DNA of 64,000 nt, taken from Fistulifera solaris (Eukaryota). The notes beneath the pieces were generated by a model. It did no database searches, was not told the origin of the DNA, and was given only the letters and a program-made list of their open reading frames with translations. The position numbers and the translations under genes were made by a program. The stretch's first letter is position 1. The number at the start of each line of letters is the position of its first letter. The stretch lies in contig AP026127.1 in the NCBI GenBank assembly GCA_030295235.1, positions 992,001-1,056,000 of the forward strand, in the 5' to 3' direction. Of the stretch, positions 35,251-46,887 are shown one piece after another.

Positions 35251-36637
35251 GCTGGTTGGAAAGAAGAGGTAGTAGATGAAGATAAAGGAGGACAAGAAAC
35301 TTTTAACGGCACTGTTGACGCATGTTGAAATAAAATAAACAAAGTTCATGGTCGAATAGTTTCGCGCGTCAGCTCGCCACCGTGTCGCATCGCATCATCG
35401 CGCATCGGCTGGTGACGAAGCGTCTGGCGGACAGACCAACAGTCGAAAAACGCAACGCGCAAACGCAATGAAAACTGCAAACGCAAACGCAACATCAATA
35501 CCTACTTGTAAGTGGTCAAAAGACGATGATGGCTTTTGAAGTTCCTTCGCGAAAGAGGATCCCCCAAGGGCATCTCTAGATCGTTAACCCTCCCTCACCT
35601 TCAAATGAAGTTAATGCGGTGAAGTGGCACAATGCCTTCGAGAAAAGTGGTCTTTTCAAGAGACCCATGTCGATGAAAACATGTTTTCCCCGTCGGCGTA
35701 AGCCTCTCATGCTTTCTTGCCGTGCGACAGTCACTTGATGCCTAGAAAATAGTTCTGTAGTGTAAACAAGACGAAAGAAGAAAGCCTGCGACACCGGCGG
35801 CGGCGGCTCCAACAATAAACTGGTCGAGTAGTAAAAGAAGAGATAGAACAGTCGGATGACCCTGTCAATTTAGCTAATATAATGCTGCAGCTGCTTCATC
35901 AAAAAAGCTCTTCAACTGTGGATCCGCCTTTACAAGGAGTTTCGGAGCGATTAGATGTGATGGAACAGGGCGGCGATTATGGTTCAACAATACAGCAACA
36001 CAACTTAAGCGTTGGAAGGGATAATTTATTCGATGGGGAAGGGTCGGCAATGCCTTTAGTTGACGATGTCAGAATTGTCATCGCGTGTTGTAATCTGCAA
36101 CACAGAAGTCAAACGACGCGCTTATTGCAACACTGCCTTCTTTTGGACCCAACATACAGTACTGCGATATATTCTCGGATTTGGAGTCTCGGTTCCCCGA
36201 CGGCGTCAACGTCGCTAAAATGGTATTTTTCTTGCATTTCAAATCGATTTCGGCGCAGCTACTCCATGCGGACACAAACGGATGTCTGTGGAAAAAAGTC
36301 AAACCTTATTACTTGGCGTTCTTCATTCGTAAAATATCTGCAGTCCCATTACACACGGGATGAGAACTCTATTTTTTTATTAAATCTTACGAACAGTCGC
36401 GACTCGCGAGAGATGCGAAACGTTGTGCGTACGACTTTTCACTGGGGGTCGTATTTGATGCACTGTATCGATACGAGAAGCAAAGCATTAACAGAACTGG
36501 AAAATCTAGAAAGCGAACGGTCTTTCGTCGCAAAATAGGAACCGGATGATCGATTTTTAACGAAACGAATACACCTTCCAAATTTTCTTGCTTGCTCATA
36601 ATATTTCCAGCGATTGAAACCAAAAGCTTCATCAAAC

Positions 36638-36835
36638 ATGTGTACCTTATGCAAATGCCCTTCGTGCGGGAAGGCAACATGGTGCGGTTGCGGAATGCAC
36701 ATTGAGAGTGTGCTCCGTAATGTCAAAGAACAAGACCGGTGCCCGAATTGGAAAGGTGGATACCACAAACCCTGTGGAGAAGTTCACTATGAGGAAGTTC
36801 ACGAGCATGAAGGTCATCAACATCATCAATACTGA
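36638..36835 (+). CDS. Small Cys-rich protein (CxxCGKxTWxGCGxH family) with His-rich tail, copy 1
   Basis: 65 aa; paralog at 37581 conserves all motif residues. Confidence 0.75.
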   Translation: MCTLCKCPSCGKATWCGCGMHIESVLRNVKEQDRCPNWKGGYHKPCGEVHYEEVHEHEGHQHHQY

Positions 36836-37580
36836 TACTGTCGCGGGAGAGAAAGTGACCTTTCACAACTAGGTATAACGAAGAGCTGTTGCCGTGGCAG
36901 CATAATCATGAGGTCTAGGGTAATGCCTCAAAACGTATTCATAACTCGTAACTCGTATCGCTATAAAACCACATGACACGACTTGTCATTTCGAACAGTG
37001 CGTCGCTTTTCCAAGTTAGTCTTGGCAAAACAGATAGCTAATTAGTGAAGCACGTAGAACCCGAACGTCGACATTGCGACGCCGTGCTGTCTTACTTTCA
37101 TGCAAGCCACTGAAAGCTCATGAATCTAGTTTGTTTAATGGTGTCGAATGCAATCCACGAGTACTGAGCTATACAGACGTATGCGAAGTCGCACAATTAG
37201 GCACGAGACTGATATTCGATCTCTAGCCATCTTTGGCTCCCATCGTCTACAACTACCAGCTACCAGGTACTAGCATTTTAAATGTCGTTCATCGACTGAT
37301 GATAAAACAGCTTAATACCAGTAGAAACGACTGTCTTTTGCCTTTGCGTTCCAGCTCAATTTTTGACGCCCTAAAATGGGACCCAAGTTTCGGGATTGCG
37401 TCGCACGGCCTTATCCATTCACAGAGCGACGGACCGTAATTTCGCCGACTGTGAATTTTCAAGTAGACTTGAAGCACAATGGCCTATTCGCTATTTGACC
37501 AACTCATTTTTTTTCTCTTGCCATCATTCGATGCTCATAAATCACAACATCAACAATTAATTACCAGCTGTTATCATCAG

Positions 37581-37766
37581 ATGTGTTCAAAGTGCAAGTG
37601 CCGTTCCTGTGGGAAAGCAACATGGTCGGGTTGCGGAATGCATATTGAGAGTGCTCTCAGAGGCGTCAAAGAAGAAGATCGTTGCCCGAATTGGAAAGAA
37701 GGATATTACAAGCCTTGTGGAGAGGTTAAATCAGGAGGAGGATTCATGAGCCTTTTTGGAATGTAG
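37581..37766 (+). CDS. Small Cys-rich protein (CxxCGKxTWxGCGxH family), copy 2
   Basis: 61 aa, MCSKCKCRSCGKATWSGCGMHIESAL...DRCPNW. Confidence 0.75.
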   Translation: MCSKCKCRSCGKATWSGCGMHIESALRGVKEEDRCPNWKEGYYKPCGEVKSGGGFMSLFGM

Positions 37767-37942
37767 TCAAAGAAGTGACATCGGAACTGCTTCTCAACGT
37801 TGACTGATCATTCTCACATGCTTCGCGATGCTCGGGGTAACCTTTTACATTATATAAAATATTTCTATTCTCCGAAGTCTTCCATTTTTTTGTGCAACGA
37901 GACTTTCTTGGATTGGCTGCGATATCATTGCCGAGGAGGTTG

Positions 37943-39169
37943 CTATTCAATTTTGTGGCTTTCGAAAAGATTCGCATCGTCGGGCACTTTGGCCCACCAT
38001 GGTATTCCTTCCTCGACATGTTCTTCTGCAGAATCATCCACTTCCTCTTCTGTTGATATCAAATCGCTTTTCTTTACCTTGGTGCGATTGCGTTTATCTT
38101 CGATAAGGACAGACCCTCGTCCGAAACGATGAACCATTGCCGTCCCTCGTAATTTTTCGGGACGAATGGCATGTCCATTAACTTTACTCATAGCTGCTTC
38201 CACTCGAAATTCCATGGCTTTCTTTACTGCTTTCAGTTCCGTCACAAAGCGCTCCGATCTCATGACGTAAGCGCCCGCGCTCTGAGCTGCCACTCGGATC
38301 ATGGCATCATCACTGGCAACAATCAAGCTGCTAGTCAACTGCCCTTTGGTTATGTTCTTGGCATCCGCACACCGCTTTTCAATGTAAGAATCCGCTTCAA
38401 CGCCTACTCCAGTGTATACCACACGCACCCCGTATTTCGTCACATCTTTGCGAGTCGCTTGATCCATGGGCGTCGCTTTCGAGCCTCCGGCATTACTCCC
38501 CAAAGGCCCCGTGATACTGCGACCCGTTCCGTCAAAGACCACTTCCAGTCTCCAACCCTTCAAACTACGCAAATTTTCTAAATCATCGACCAACAGATCA
38601 CGTGCACGCTTTGTATCCCCCCTTGACCATGTGTTTTTTCAATCTCGACCATTGATGAATGATATTGTATCCATCGACGAGCACTAACGGAGCACTTGCT
38701 GTGCGATTCAAAATGACGTCCCAATCCGGATCCTGTCCTTTGCGACGGCGCTCTTCCGCTTTCTCTTCGATTTCTTCTTCATCCCACTGGCGCCGATAGC
38801 TCGTCCGTCTTACTTGTCGAAAAGACGTTTGACCACTGTTCCGCTGTGCTTGTTTATTGAGTTGCGCGTACATAATTTGTCGTCGAACTGGAACATTGAT
38901 TTGGTTGGTGACACGGAGTGGTGCGGTCGGAGGCGGGGTATAAGAACTGCTACTGGAAGTACTCGTGTTGGAGCTGCTCTTTTGCGCTTCTTTTTTCCGT
39001 CGCCCTTTCCCATAAATAGTAGAGTCAGAGGAAGGTGGGAAGTGTTGAGGTATGAAAATTCGCTTGAAAGTGCTGCACCATGTCGTCTCATGTGATTCAT
39101 AACAAAAGCATGCGCAGAAAAGAAGCCAATGAGGAGAATTCCGATACCATTCCATTGCTTCCTTTTCAT
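37943..39169 (-). CDS. NYN-domain YacP/Rae1-like ribonuclease with plastid presequence; two frameshifts (~38990, ~38620)
   Basis: LVLVDGYNII, EVVFDG, VVYT...EADSYIE, IVASDD..IR..A...GA..M.S..F; N-terminal signal ending AHA-F. Confidence 0.85.
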
Positions 39170-39956
39170 GATCAAAGTAGAGCTCTCTCTATATCGCACT
39201 GGCAGACATAAATATAATATTCTGCTCCTTTTCAAGATTCTCTTTCGCTTATTCTCTTGAGAATAAAAATAGAATGAGGACGCAATGAGACCATGGTCAA
39301 TGGACGCGTTGCGGCTTAGCAAGGTCATCGCGGAAATAATTATGAGAAGCGGGTGACGGTGACGAGCGACGGGTGACGTGTTCGCTTCTCACTCAAACTC
39401 CTACCGGTATCCAACAGACAAGCGATGTTGAACGACTTTCGATGACACTACTTTTGGAAAGAGAGTCTGCCTGACTTGTTTCTGTCAAACAATGGATTAT
39501 ACACGCCCGATAGAAAAGCTCTTTTGAATCTCTACATTCGACTAGCAGAGAAAGGAAAAACATCATACTTATTGGGAAAACTAAAGTCTTATATAGTGCG
39601 GAGTAAATTTTCATTTGCTACCCTACAATTTTCTATGAGAAAGGCATTTTTTGTATCTCGTTGGGCATCTTTTGCTTTTTCATATATATAAGAATAAGTA
39701 CAGAATCCTCCTCAGGGCCTTCCAACCTAACCGTGAACCGTGAACCGTGACCCGTGACATCTCTAATCTCTATCTCTTTTCTCTTTTGTCATAGTACTTT
39801 ACACTGTAGAGAGTACAAAGTACACATTTCATTTTTCATGTCATAGGAGGAGAAAGCCTCAATTGCATTCGACTATTTTTCGACATCATTATTTATTCGA
39901 TTGATTAAAATTTGCGATCGAAAATCATCAAAACAATCTCCATTTCATTTATAACA

Positions 39957-40473
39957 ATGAGACTTCGAAAGTTCGTTCTTCACGGGCGTAGTTCTTCCTT
40001 CAGCAAGGATAGTGCCGACTCGGAATCTCCAAAAGCATCGTCACCCTCCTTCTTTAAGAGCCGCCCTTTTCCCTTTCAAAGGAGGTGCAGCCAAAAACAC
40101 TTGCCTCCACAATTGCAACCAAAAAGTCCGTTTCCTTTGCTCCTCTCGTCAGCGTTATCCATGTCCAAAGCTACGCAGAGACCATAAAGGATGAGTTGTG
40201 GTACAGCAAAGAAGACATTCAAACTATCAAAAGAAGAACCTTATTCTTGTCAATCAATACAAGGGCGGCTATTTCCATGAAAGCAACGTGAACACATTCC
40301 TTGGACTGGAACAATATTTGATATTCGAGGAAGCGCGGTTCCGACGAGACTGTGTGTATGATGCTGTGCTCGGACTGCAGGATCGATGGAAAGAAAAATG
40401 CTTTCCATCCGATGCAGAGCGACTTGCGAAAGTTTACCGTAGAGTGCTTCAACGCACTATTGTCTCAGAATAG
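39957..40473 (+). CDS. Diatom-type hypothetical protein (KxVSF...LWYS...GLE...AVL..Q), frameshifted
   Basis: Motifs spread over three overlapping frames (39912, 40085 and 40198 ORFs). Confidence 0.55.
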
Positions 40474-42094
40474 GTACTGAAAAACACTATTGCTATGACG
40501 GATGAAAAATTGGTTCAGTCACATCGGCTTGGTTCCCATCCCGACGTTGTCGGAAGAGGACGCCGATACTGAACGCCGCCGCTCCCAGCTTTGTGCGGGG
40601 CGCGCCACTCTTGTCATCCTTTTTGCCAAGAAGACGTTTAAAAGCAACCTCGAAACCGCTTGTTCACAAGGACGTACGACTTTGTTTATTCAGGTATGGT
40701 TTGGACCAGCTTTTCTTTATTGGTCGACTTTCTAGCGCTTGTAACATCTTAAAACGCTAAGGCACAAACGCATATCGCATATTCAAATTTTGTTCTACAG
40801 TAGGACCTAGCCTTTGTTCACCATTTAAGGTGCGTGACGGCGTTCGTAATTCGTCAGATCATACTACAACTGTTATAGTTCTATCTGATTTCAGGTCCAG
40901 ATAGGGGTTCACATACCGATGTATATGAGAGCAGATTGCAGGTTTAAGAGTTGTCGCGTAAGACAAACTCTTTACTAGAGACCAGAGAGAGGTTAGAGGG
41001 CAAGCGAGAGTGGGTGCAACGAGCGGTACCGTAGTTGGTTCACGGTTTTACCATTCACGGATCAGGTAACAGGGACGACGCGACAAGACGCAGGCAAAAA
41101 AGAAGGTTTTTCAGGCTTCGAAGGTTCGTGTTTCGTGTCCCATCCGTCAAGGGGGAAATCACTGGGGGACTCGCTTTTGCAGTCACGAGAAAAAGGTACA
41201 CTTTTCGATATAGTCCATCCTTGAAGCAAATCGACCGCTTATTGCCCCCAAACGCCTGAGTGCCGCCAAAATCGAACTGTGATTTGTTTGTGTACCACGC
41301 TCGCTGCCACGAGCTCCGATGAAATTTTGAAAAAATTCATTACGACGCATCACGGCATGAATGACAACCTTTGCCATTGAATTTCATTGTATTTCAGGTT
41401 CGTTCATGGGTGACGGAAAACGGATTTCGACTAAAGTTATTATCAAGAGTCATATTCCGAATCGCGTCTACCATGAACGACCCCGCAATAAATTCCTTAT
41501 TGTGAGTGAAAATAACAGGAGTTTTCATGGGATGGGGGCAATAAGCGGTACACGTGACTGGATGAAGCGAGTCCCCCAGTGATTTCCCCTTGCATCCGTG
41601 ATCCCTCATTCAATTCATTACTTACAGTACTCAGTAAGATTTATCAGTTAAGCCCACAAATTACTAGATACTGCCATTCTGCAAAAATCTTAATGTGCAT
41701 TGAAGTATTCGCTTTACGCTTTACCTTTACCCTTTTTTCCTTCCTTTATCGGCTACTGTAATCTGTGATCTGTGCAGTTTCGAACTGTGAACAAAGTACA
41801 GTTCACATTACTCTAATCTCAATCCTTTCTCAGAAACGAGTTAGTTAGTGTACGGAGAAATTAAAGGCCTAACCCGACCCCCCTAAACAACAGTAGACGT
41901 TCTACGTGATGCTGCCTATGTCTTGTACCTTGAACATCCACTGGTATCTTTTTCTCGCTTCAGAGCAATGAGGTTGATCATAAAGATAGCGCCTTTTTCA
42001 TCATTATTTCATTGCCTTTCTCGGGGATACCTTTTACATTCTTTTTGTTTATTTAATTTTATCATTGAAAAGGAAAAAGTCAACTTCTTTGATC

Positions 42095-44950
42095 ATGACA
42101 GCCGGAGACCTTGAGAGCGGCGCAAAAGGCAAGATATTCGATCCAACGGACGCTGACACCGTCCTTGGTAGCCATGGCGTCGTGTACATCGAAACGGAAG
42201 ATACGGCGAATGTTGAGAGTCAGGTCGATGCCTGGATTGAAAACAATACAGTTGTTGTTTTTGGCAAGTCGTGGTGCCCGTTCTGCAAGGACGTCATTGA
42301 GTTTTTGTCGCAGCGTCTCAATGTTGTCACGCACGTCGTCAACATGGATTCGATGGACGGCGGTGCGAAGATTGCTACGTACGTTCAAGAGAAGACGCAG
42401 CACAAGACCGTCCCTGTCGTTTTTATTAATGGAAAATTCAGAGGTGGCTGTGAAGATGTCAAGTCGAAGCAAGAACAGCTCGAAAAGGAATTGCTGATGC
42501 ATCGCAACATGACGCATGAAGAAATCAAGAATTTGGATGCTGCCAAGTTGCCCCTCGAGTACCGATCGACGGCTCGTAATCCTCTCTTTTGGTTTCCCAA
42601 TACGGTCAACAATCGCGTTGTTCGACTCACGGGCTTTCAAGTCTTTGTTTGTGCGGTCCTTTCGGCAGTCTTTCACACGGAGCTGTGGGGTCGCTATCTC
42701 GCCGTCTTTTTGTTGGTGGATTTCGGTCTCCGTATGACCGTCGGAAGCTTTCTTTCACCGCTCGGAATGATTGCTACGGTCGTAGCGAGTCCGTTTGCTC
42801 CCACCTTCCGACCGGGTGCCCCCAAGCAGTTCGCTTCCTTCTGTGGTCTCTTCTTTTCGCTCTTGGCCACCATCTTTTACTTTGCGGAATTCGAGTATCA
42901 CGAAGTCGTCGGTGCTATTTGGATTGCCATGCTCGCGGGTGCGTCCGGTTTGGAAGCCTTCTGTGACTTTTGTCTCGGTTGTGTCTTTTTCGGACTTGGT
43001 ATTCAGTTCAGGCTCCTTCCCGACGACTGTTACCGCATTCATACGCAAACGATTCGGGAAACGCAAGAGTCGTATGACTACAAGATGACCAATCAAGATG
43101 TTCCTGCTCCGGTTGCGATCGATACCAATCCCTCTGATCCGACTGCGCTCAAGTACAAGGTCAAGACCGACGAGTGGACGAAGAACGACTTTGATCCGAT
43201 CAAGCACATGCAAGTCGGCTACTTCGCCATGCCTCTGTCGCTCTCGGGTCTCGCCGTGGCATTCAAGATGGCCTCGATGAAAGGAATGCAAGATTTGGTT
43301 GTACAAGAAGAATACTACTACGTTATCAGCTCGCTCGCCGCTGGTACTATTGCAGTTTTCGTTGGCTTGTACGGTCTGCGCTTGGCCATGTATCCACACA
43401 AGTGTTGGACGGAATGGGTGAGTCCTCTGCATTCCAACAGCTTTGGAGCTATCACGATCACATTGCTGCTCTTTGCTTTCTTGGTACATGATGACTTGGA
43501 TGCAGAAAATAATACAACCGGTCGCGTCTTGTTCTGGTGTGGTGCTATCGGACATACTTTCATCACAGTCGCCAAGACGGGAGAGTGGATTGGTCGACGC
43601 CTAGAGACCGAACACATTCATGCGCATTGGATGATTGTTCCAGTTGGTTTGGCTGTGGCTTCGTTGGTGGCTTCCACTATCGAACCGTTTGCGACGGAGG
43701 AAAATTCCAACTCGAAAGGGAACCTGATGCTGGCTCGGTTTTTCCAGTCGTTTGCCTCGCTCATGTGGATTGCTCTGTTCGCCGTCACCTTCTTCAAAAC
43801 GGTAATTGATCACAATAGCGACAACCGTGTTCGCCATGGCGTTTGGATCTGGTTGGCTGCCCCGTGTATGCTCGGCCTCTCGCAGTACAACATTTGCATT
43901 CAAGAGAATATCGTGAACTCGACATGCGAGGGTGACTTTGCGACGTATTACTTTATCGGCTTATTCTTTCTCATGGGACTTTGCTATGCTGGTCTCTCCG
44001 AGTACGCTTTCTTTGGTCAGGACACCTTTAACTTTGGCTACTGGATCGAGTGCTTTGCCTTGGATGCTTTGGCTGCTTGTGCTTGTTTGTTCTACGCACA
44101 AAATGGCTGGCGTATTAGTCAAAATTTGCAGTGGCTTGCTCTGTGTGCGGCTGCAATCTGTAACTTTTGTGCCCTCTGCCACACCATTGTTGGAATCATC
44201 AACCAGCGCGGTGTATTCACTCCAGAGGTGAAATGGGGACCTCTTTCGTTTATGAAATTGACACATGAAGCTTTTCGGGGAAATATCGAAACGCTGAAGG
44301 ACTATCTCAGGTCTTCCAACCTGGTAACAGAAGAAGGTCGCCACTGCGTCGATATGTTTGCTGTTCATTTCCAGCGATTCCGAATCTTGCATGAAGAACA
44401 CGCCAAGCACGAAGACGAGATTATTTTCAAAACTTTTAATGATTTCTTCCCCGAGCACGCCAAAAAGTGGAACGACGATCACAGCGAAGACCACGCCCAT
44501 TTGGATCGCTGGGTGAACCTAGCTAATAAGCTGCTCGACACCTCGCTCACACTTGCCGAACGTGAAAGTGCGCTTACTCAGTTGCAGCAGCAGATCACTC
44601 CATGGTTTGCTCACTTCGAAGGGCATTTGCGCGGCGAGGAAGATCATTTGAACCCAGTCGGACGCAAATATCTTCCCTTGGCTGTTATGAAAGAAATGTC
44701 GCGCAAGACATGGGAAATCACCCCGGCCGATCGCTGGGAGGTCATCATTCCTTTCATCGTGAACAATTTGCCCCGCCACGAGCAACGCGTTCGCTATTTG
44801 AAGGTTCTGACCTGGAGCTTGCAAGAGCGCGCGCAGCAAATTGGTGCCATTGTGTACCGTCACACTGATGCTGTGATGTGGGAACGTTTGACCCGTGAAG
44901 TCCCGGAGATTATCCCCCGGGGTGTAGCAGGATGGCGCCGTTATTACTAA
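42095..44950 (+). CDS. Glutaredoxin - DUF4395 - SLAC1/TDT anion channel - hemerythrin multidomain membrane protein (951 aa)
   Basis: SWCPFC..TVPVVFING..GGC; VNNRVVR..DFGLR..SP..PKQFA..G..LEAF.DFCLGC; ~10 TM with YFAMPLSLSGL and WIECFAL; THEAFR, HAKHED, DDH, HLRGEE. Confidence 0.9.
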   Translation: MTAGDLESGAKGKIFDPTDADTVLGSHGVVYIETEDTANVESQVDAWIENNTVVVFGKSWCPFCKDVIEFLSQRLNVVTHVVNMDSMDGGAKIATYVQEKTQHKTVPVVFINGKFRGGCEDVKSKQEQLEKELLMHRNMTHEEIKNLDAAKLPLEYRSTARNPLFWFPNTVNNRVVRLTGFQVFVCAVLSAVFHTELWGRYLAVFLLVDFGLRMTVGSFLSPLGMIATVVASPFAPTFRPGAPKQFASFCGLFFSLLATIFYFAEFEYHEVVGAIWIAMLAGASGLEAFCDFCLGCVFFGLGIQFRLLPDDCYRIHTQTIRETQESYDYKMTNQDVPAPVAIDTNPSDPTALKYKVKTDEWTKNDFDPIKHMQVGYFAMPLSLSGLAVAFKMASMKGMQDLVVQEEYYYVISSLAAGTIAVFVGLYGLRLAMYPHKCWTEWVSPLHSNSFGAITITLLLFAFLVHDDLDAENNTTGRVLFWCGAIGHTFITVAKTGEWIGRRLETEHIHAHWMIVPVGLAVASLVASTIEPFATEENSNSKGNLMLARFFQSFASLMWIALFAVTFFKTVIDHNSDNRVRHGVWIWLAAPCMLGLSQYNICIQENIVNSTCEGDFATYYFIGLFFLMGLCYAGLSEYAFFGQDTFNFGYWIECFALDALAACACLFYAQNGWRISQNLQWLALCAAAICNFCALCHTIVGIINQRGVFTPEVKWGPLSFMKLTHEAFRGNIETLKDYLRSSNLVTEEGRHCVDMFAVHFQRFRILHEEHAKHEDEIIFKTFNDFFPEHAKKWNDDHSEDHAHLDRWVNLANKLLDTSLTLAERESALTQLQQQITPWFAHFEGHLRGEEDHLNPVGRKYLPLAVMKEMSRKTWEITPADRWEVIIPFIVNNLPRHEQRVRYLKVLTWSLQERAQQIGAIVYRHTDAVMWERLTREVPEIIPRGVAGWRRYY

Positions 44951-45585
44951 GGCGACATACTTCTAAGTTTTCTTACATAATTGCACATTCAATCTTCCAG
45001 CTGGCGACATCGTACATCATAATTAAATTCTTGTTTGTTTGCTCGCCGACAGCCTTGATTATTTCAAAACGGAAAAACTCGTGTTTGATAGCGACGCCAC
45101 TTAACCACCGCTCATCAACAAGGCCGCATCGACCGCACTCTATGTTTCGTCCATCATCGCCTTGCCCAACATCCATTCTCCATTCGCCAATCCGCCCATC
45201 GTGCCTCGCTTCGTTCCTTCTCCTTCTCCTTCTCCTTCGTCCCTCTCCATTCTCCACCGTTCCAGATTTCTGATTTCTGATGTAAAAAAGTCACTGGGTT
45301 GGATCTGGCACTGAGTTTGTTAAGACCTGCTGGATCGAGACATTTCCAGTGCCTACTAAATGTATGGGAAAAGACACGTAGCGTCTAAAATCCCGGCACG
45401 TCTGCGGAGTAATAATTTTATTGCTCTAGTAAGAATTACTCCGTTAGCCAAGGAAGCCACAACCCAAACGCCGCAGCGGTGAGGCTGGTTAGCATCTCCC
45501 CTCTCATTATTTATTTCCAAAGCTTCGTCCTGAAACAGCGTCGTATGTTCACATCATATTTGCCGGAATAACTTCGTTGCAAGCC

Positions 45586-46266
45586 ATGAAACCTCGAACA
45601 TCAAGTGACTTCAATAATCTTGCTATTGTGCTTTTGCAGAGCAACTGCTTTCGCCCTGCCTTAACAGCTTTCCAAGATGGAGTATTGTTGCAGCAAACGA
45701 AATGTTTGCCTTCGCAACGACGTTATTCTGCGGAAGCCGTGCCTCCACCGATGGCGCGGGCAGTATCCTCTGAAGCCATTGACCTGAATGATATTTGTAG
45801 AATGCCTTGTGCACGATCGTTGCTTGAATTTCTGAAAGTCAAGACGTCCCGGAAAATATTACTTCTTGTTCGACTACCAAAGAAGTCACCATTTGCTAAA
45901 GCAGTCCTATATTACAATCAGGCAATGGCACATCTTGCCGCATCGTGGGCGAATAACAAGGATGATGTTGAACAGTGCAACGCCGAAGCAAAACATTTCC
46001 TTGAACTTTCATCCGTTACTTTACAAAAATGGCACGCAAATCTCACTAAGGTGAATGGTGGGCATTCGAGTCTGATGAGGGCAACTTTGATGCTACTTAT
46101 GTTAGTGACATACACACTTTACCGATCGACGGGCGTCCCGTCACTCAATCGCCGAATTCATGCCATACAAGCTCTTATATCCTCCAACGATTCACAGACC
46201 AGCACTCTGGGTGCTGGAGTAGCGCCGCTCAGTGCCAGTCAATCAAACACAGCCGTAACCGTCTAA
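45586..46266 (+). CDS. TPR-like hypothetical protein, paralog 1
   Basis: SDFNNLAIVLLQSNC...RLP..PF..AVLYYN.AM shared with 46888 and 55245. Confidence 0.7.
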   Translation: MKPRTSSDFNNLAIVLLQSNCFRPALTAFQDGVLLQQTKCLPSQRRYSAEAVPPPMARAVSSEAIDLNDICRMPCARSLLEFLKVKTSRKILLLVRLPKKSPFAKAVLYYNQAMAHLAASWANNKDDVEQCNAEAKHFLELSSVTLQKWHANLTKVNGGHSSLMRATLMLLMLVTYTLYRSTGVPSLNRRIHAIQALISSNDSQTSTLGAGVAPLSASQSNTAVTV

Positions 46267-46887
46267 TTGCTCACTGGTTTCAATGGAGCCATCACAGACG
46301 AACAAAAACTCGACAATTAAATAAATATTCATACAGTTTACTGCATAAAGACTTGAATTAATTCTACATGAGGTCTTTGTCATGCGTAGCGACTCTTTTT
46401 CCTTTCATTTTTCTATCGAAGGGTAACATTTCATCACTTTTCCAGCTTTCGCGAGCGCGGAAACGGAAAAAGTGAAGCGGGGTGGGTCACAACTGACGTC
46501 AGTAAGAAGTCTCGGGAGAGCAAATTCTCACTGGATTACGAGATAATACTTTTTAGTCTATAGTGGAACGTTCGTGGTACTGAAGAGTTTTCTCGTCCTA
46601 TGTTCTCTACCTATTTCTCCGCCCCCTCCGCCGACTACGACAAAAAGACCGCGCTTTGACGCTTGGCCATTGGCTATCATAGTATATGCGATGAAAGCCA
46701 TTCGAAAAGGAAGAAACTATAAAACAAAAATACTCCCACTTAATAACAATAAACATACTACGCCTTGCTTGTCAGAGCAATAGGAAAGACGGCTTCTATT
46801 TCAGAGTCGTGTTGATTTTCGACAAGAACGTACACGGCCAACGACATCTCGGACCTTGTTCGCTTGTATATTCTGACACAAAGAACC

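Noticed and set aside
39729..39758. (aaccgtg)n run resembling a telomeric seed
   Set aside because: Only ~4 imperfect units and not TTAGGG-like; probably a promoter microsatellite, like the (acgcaa)n runs at ~17340 and ~35450.
42080..44868. Long antisense and alternate-frame ORFs over the fusion gene
   Set aside because: Shadow ORFs expected from codon bias of the real + strand gene.
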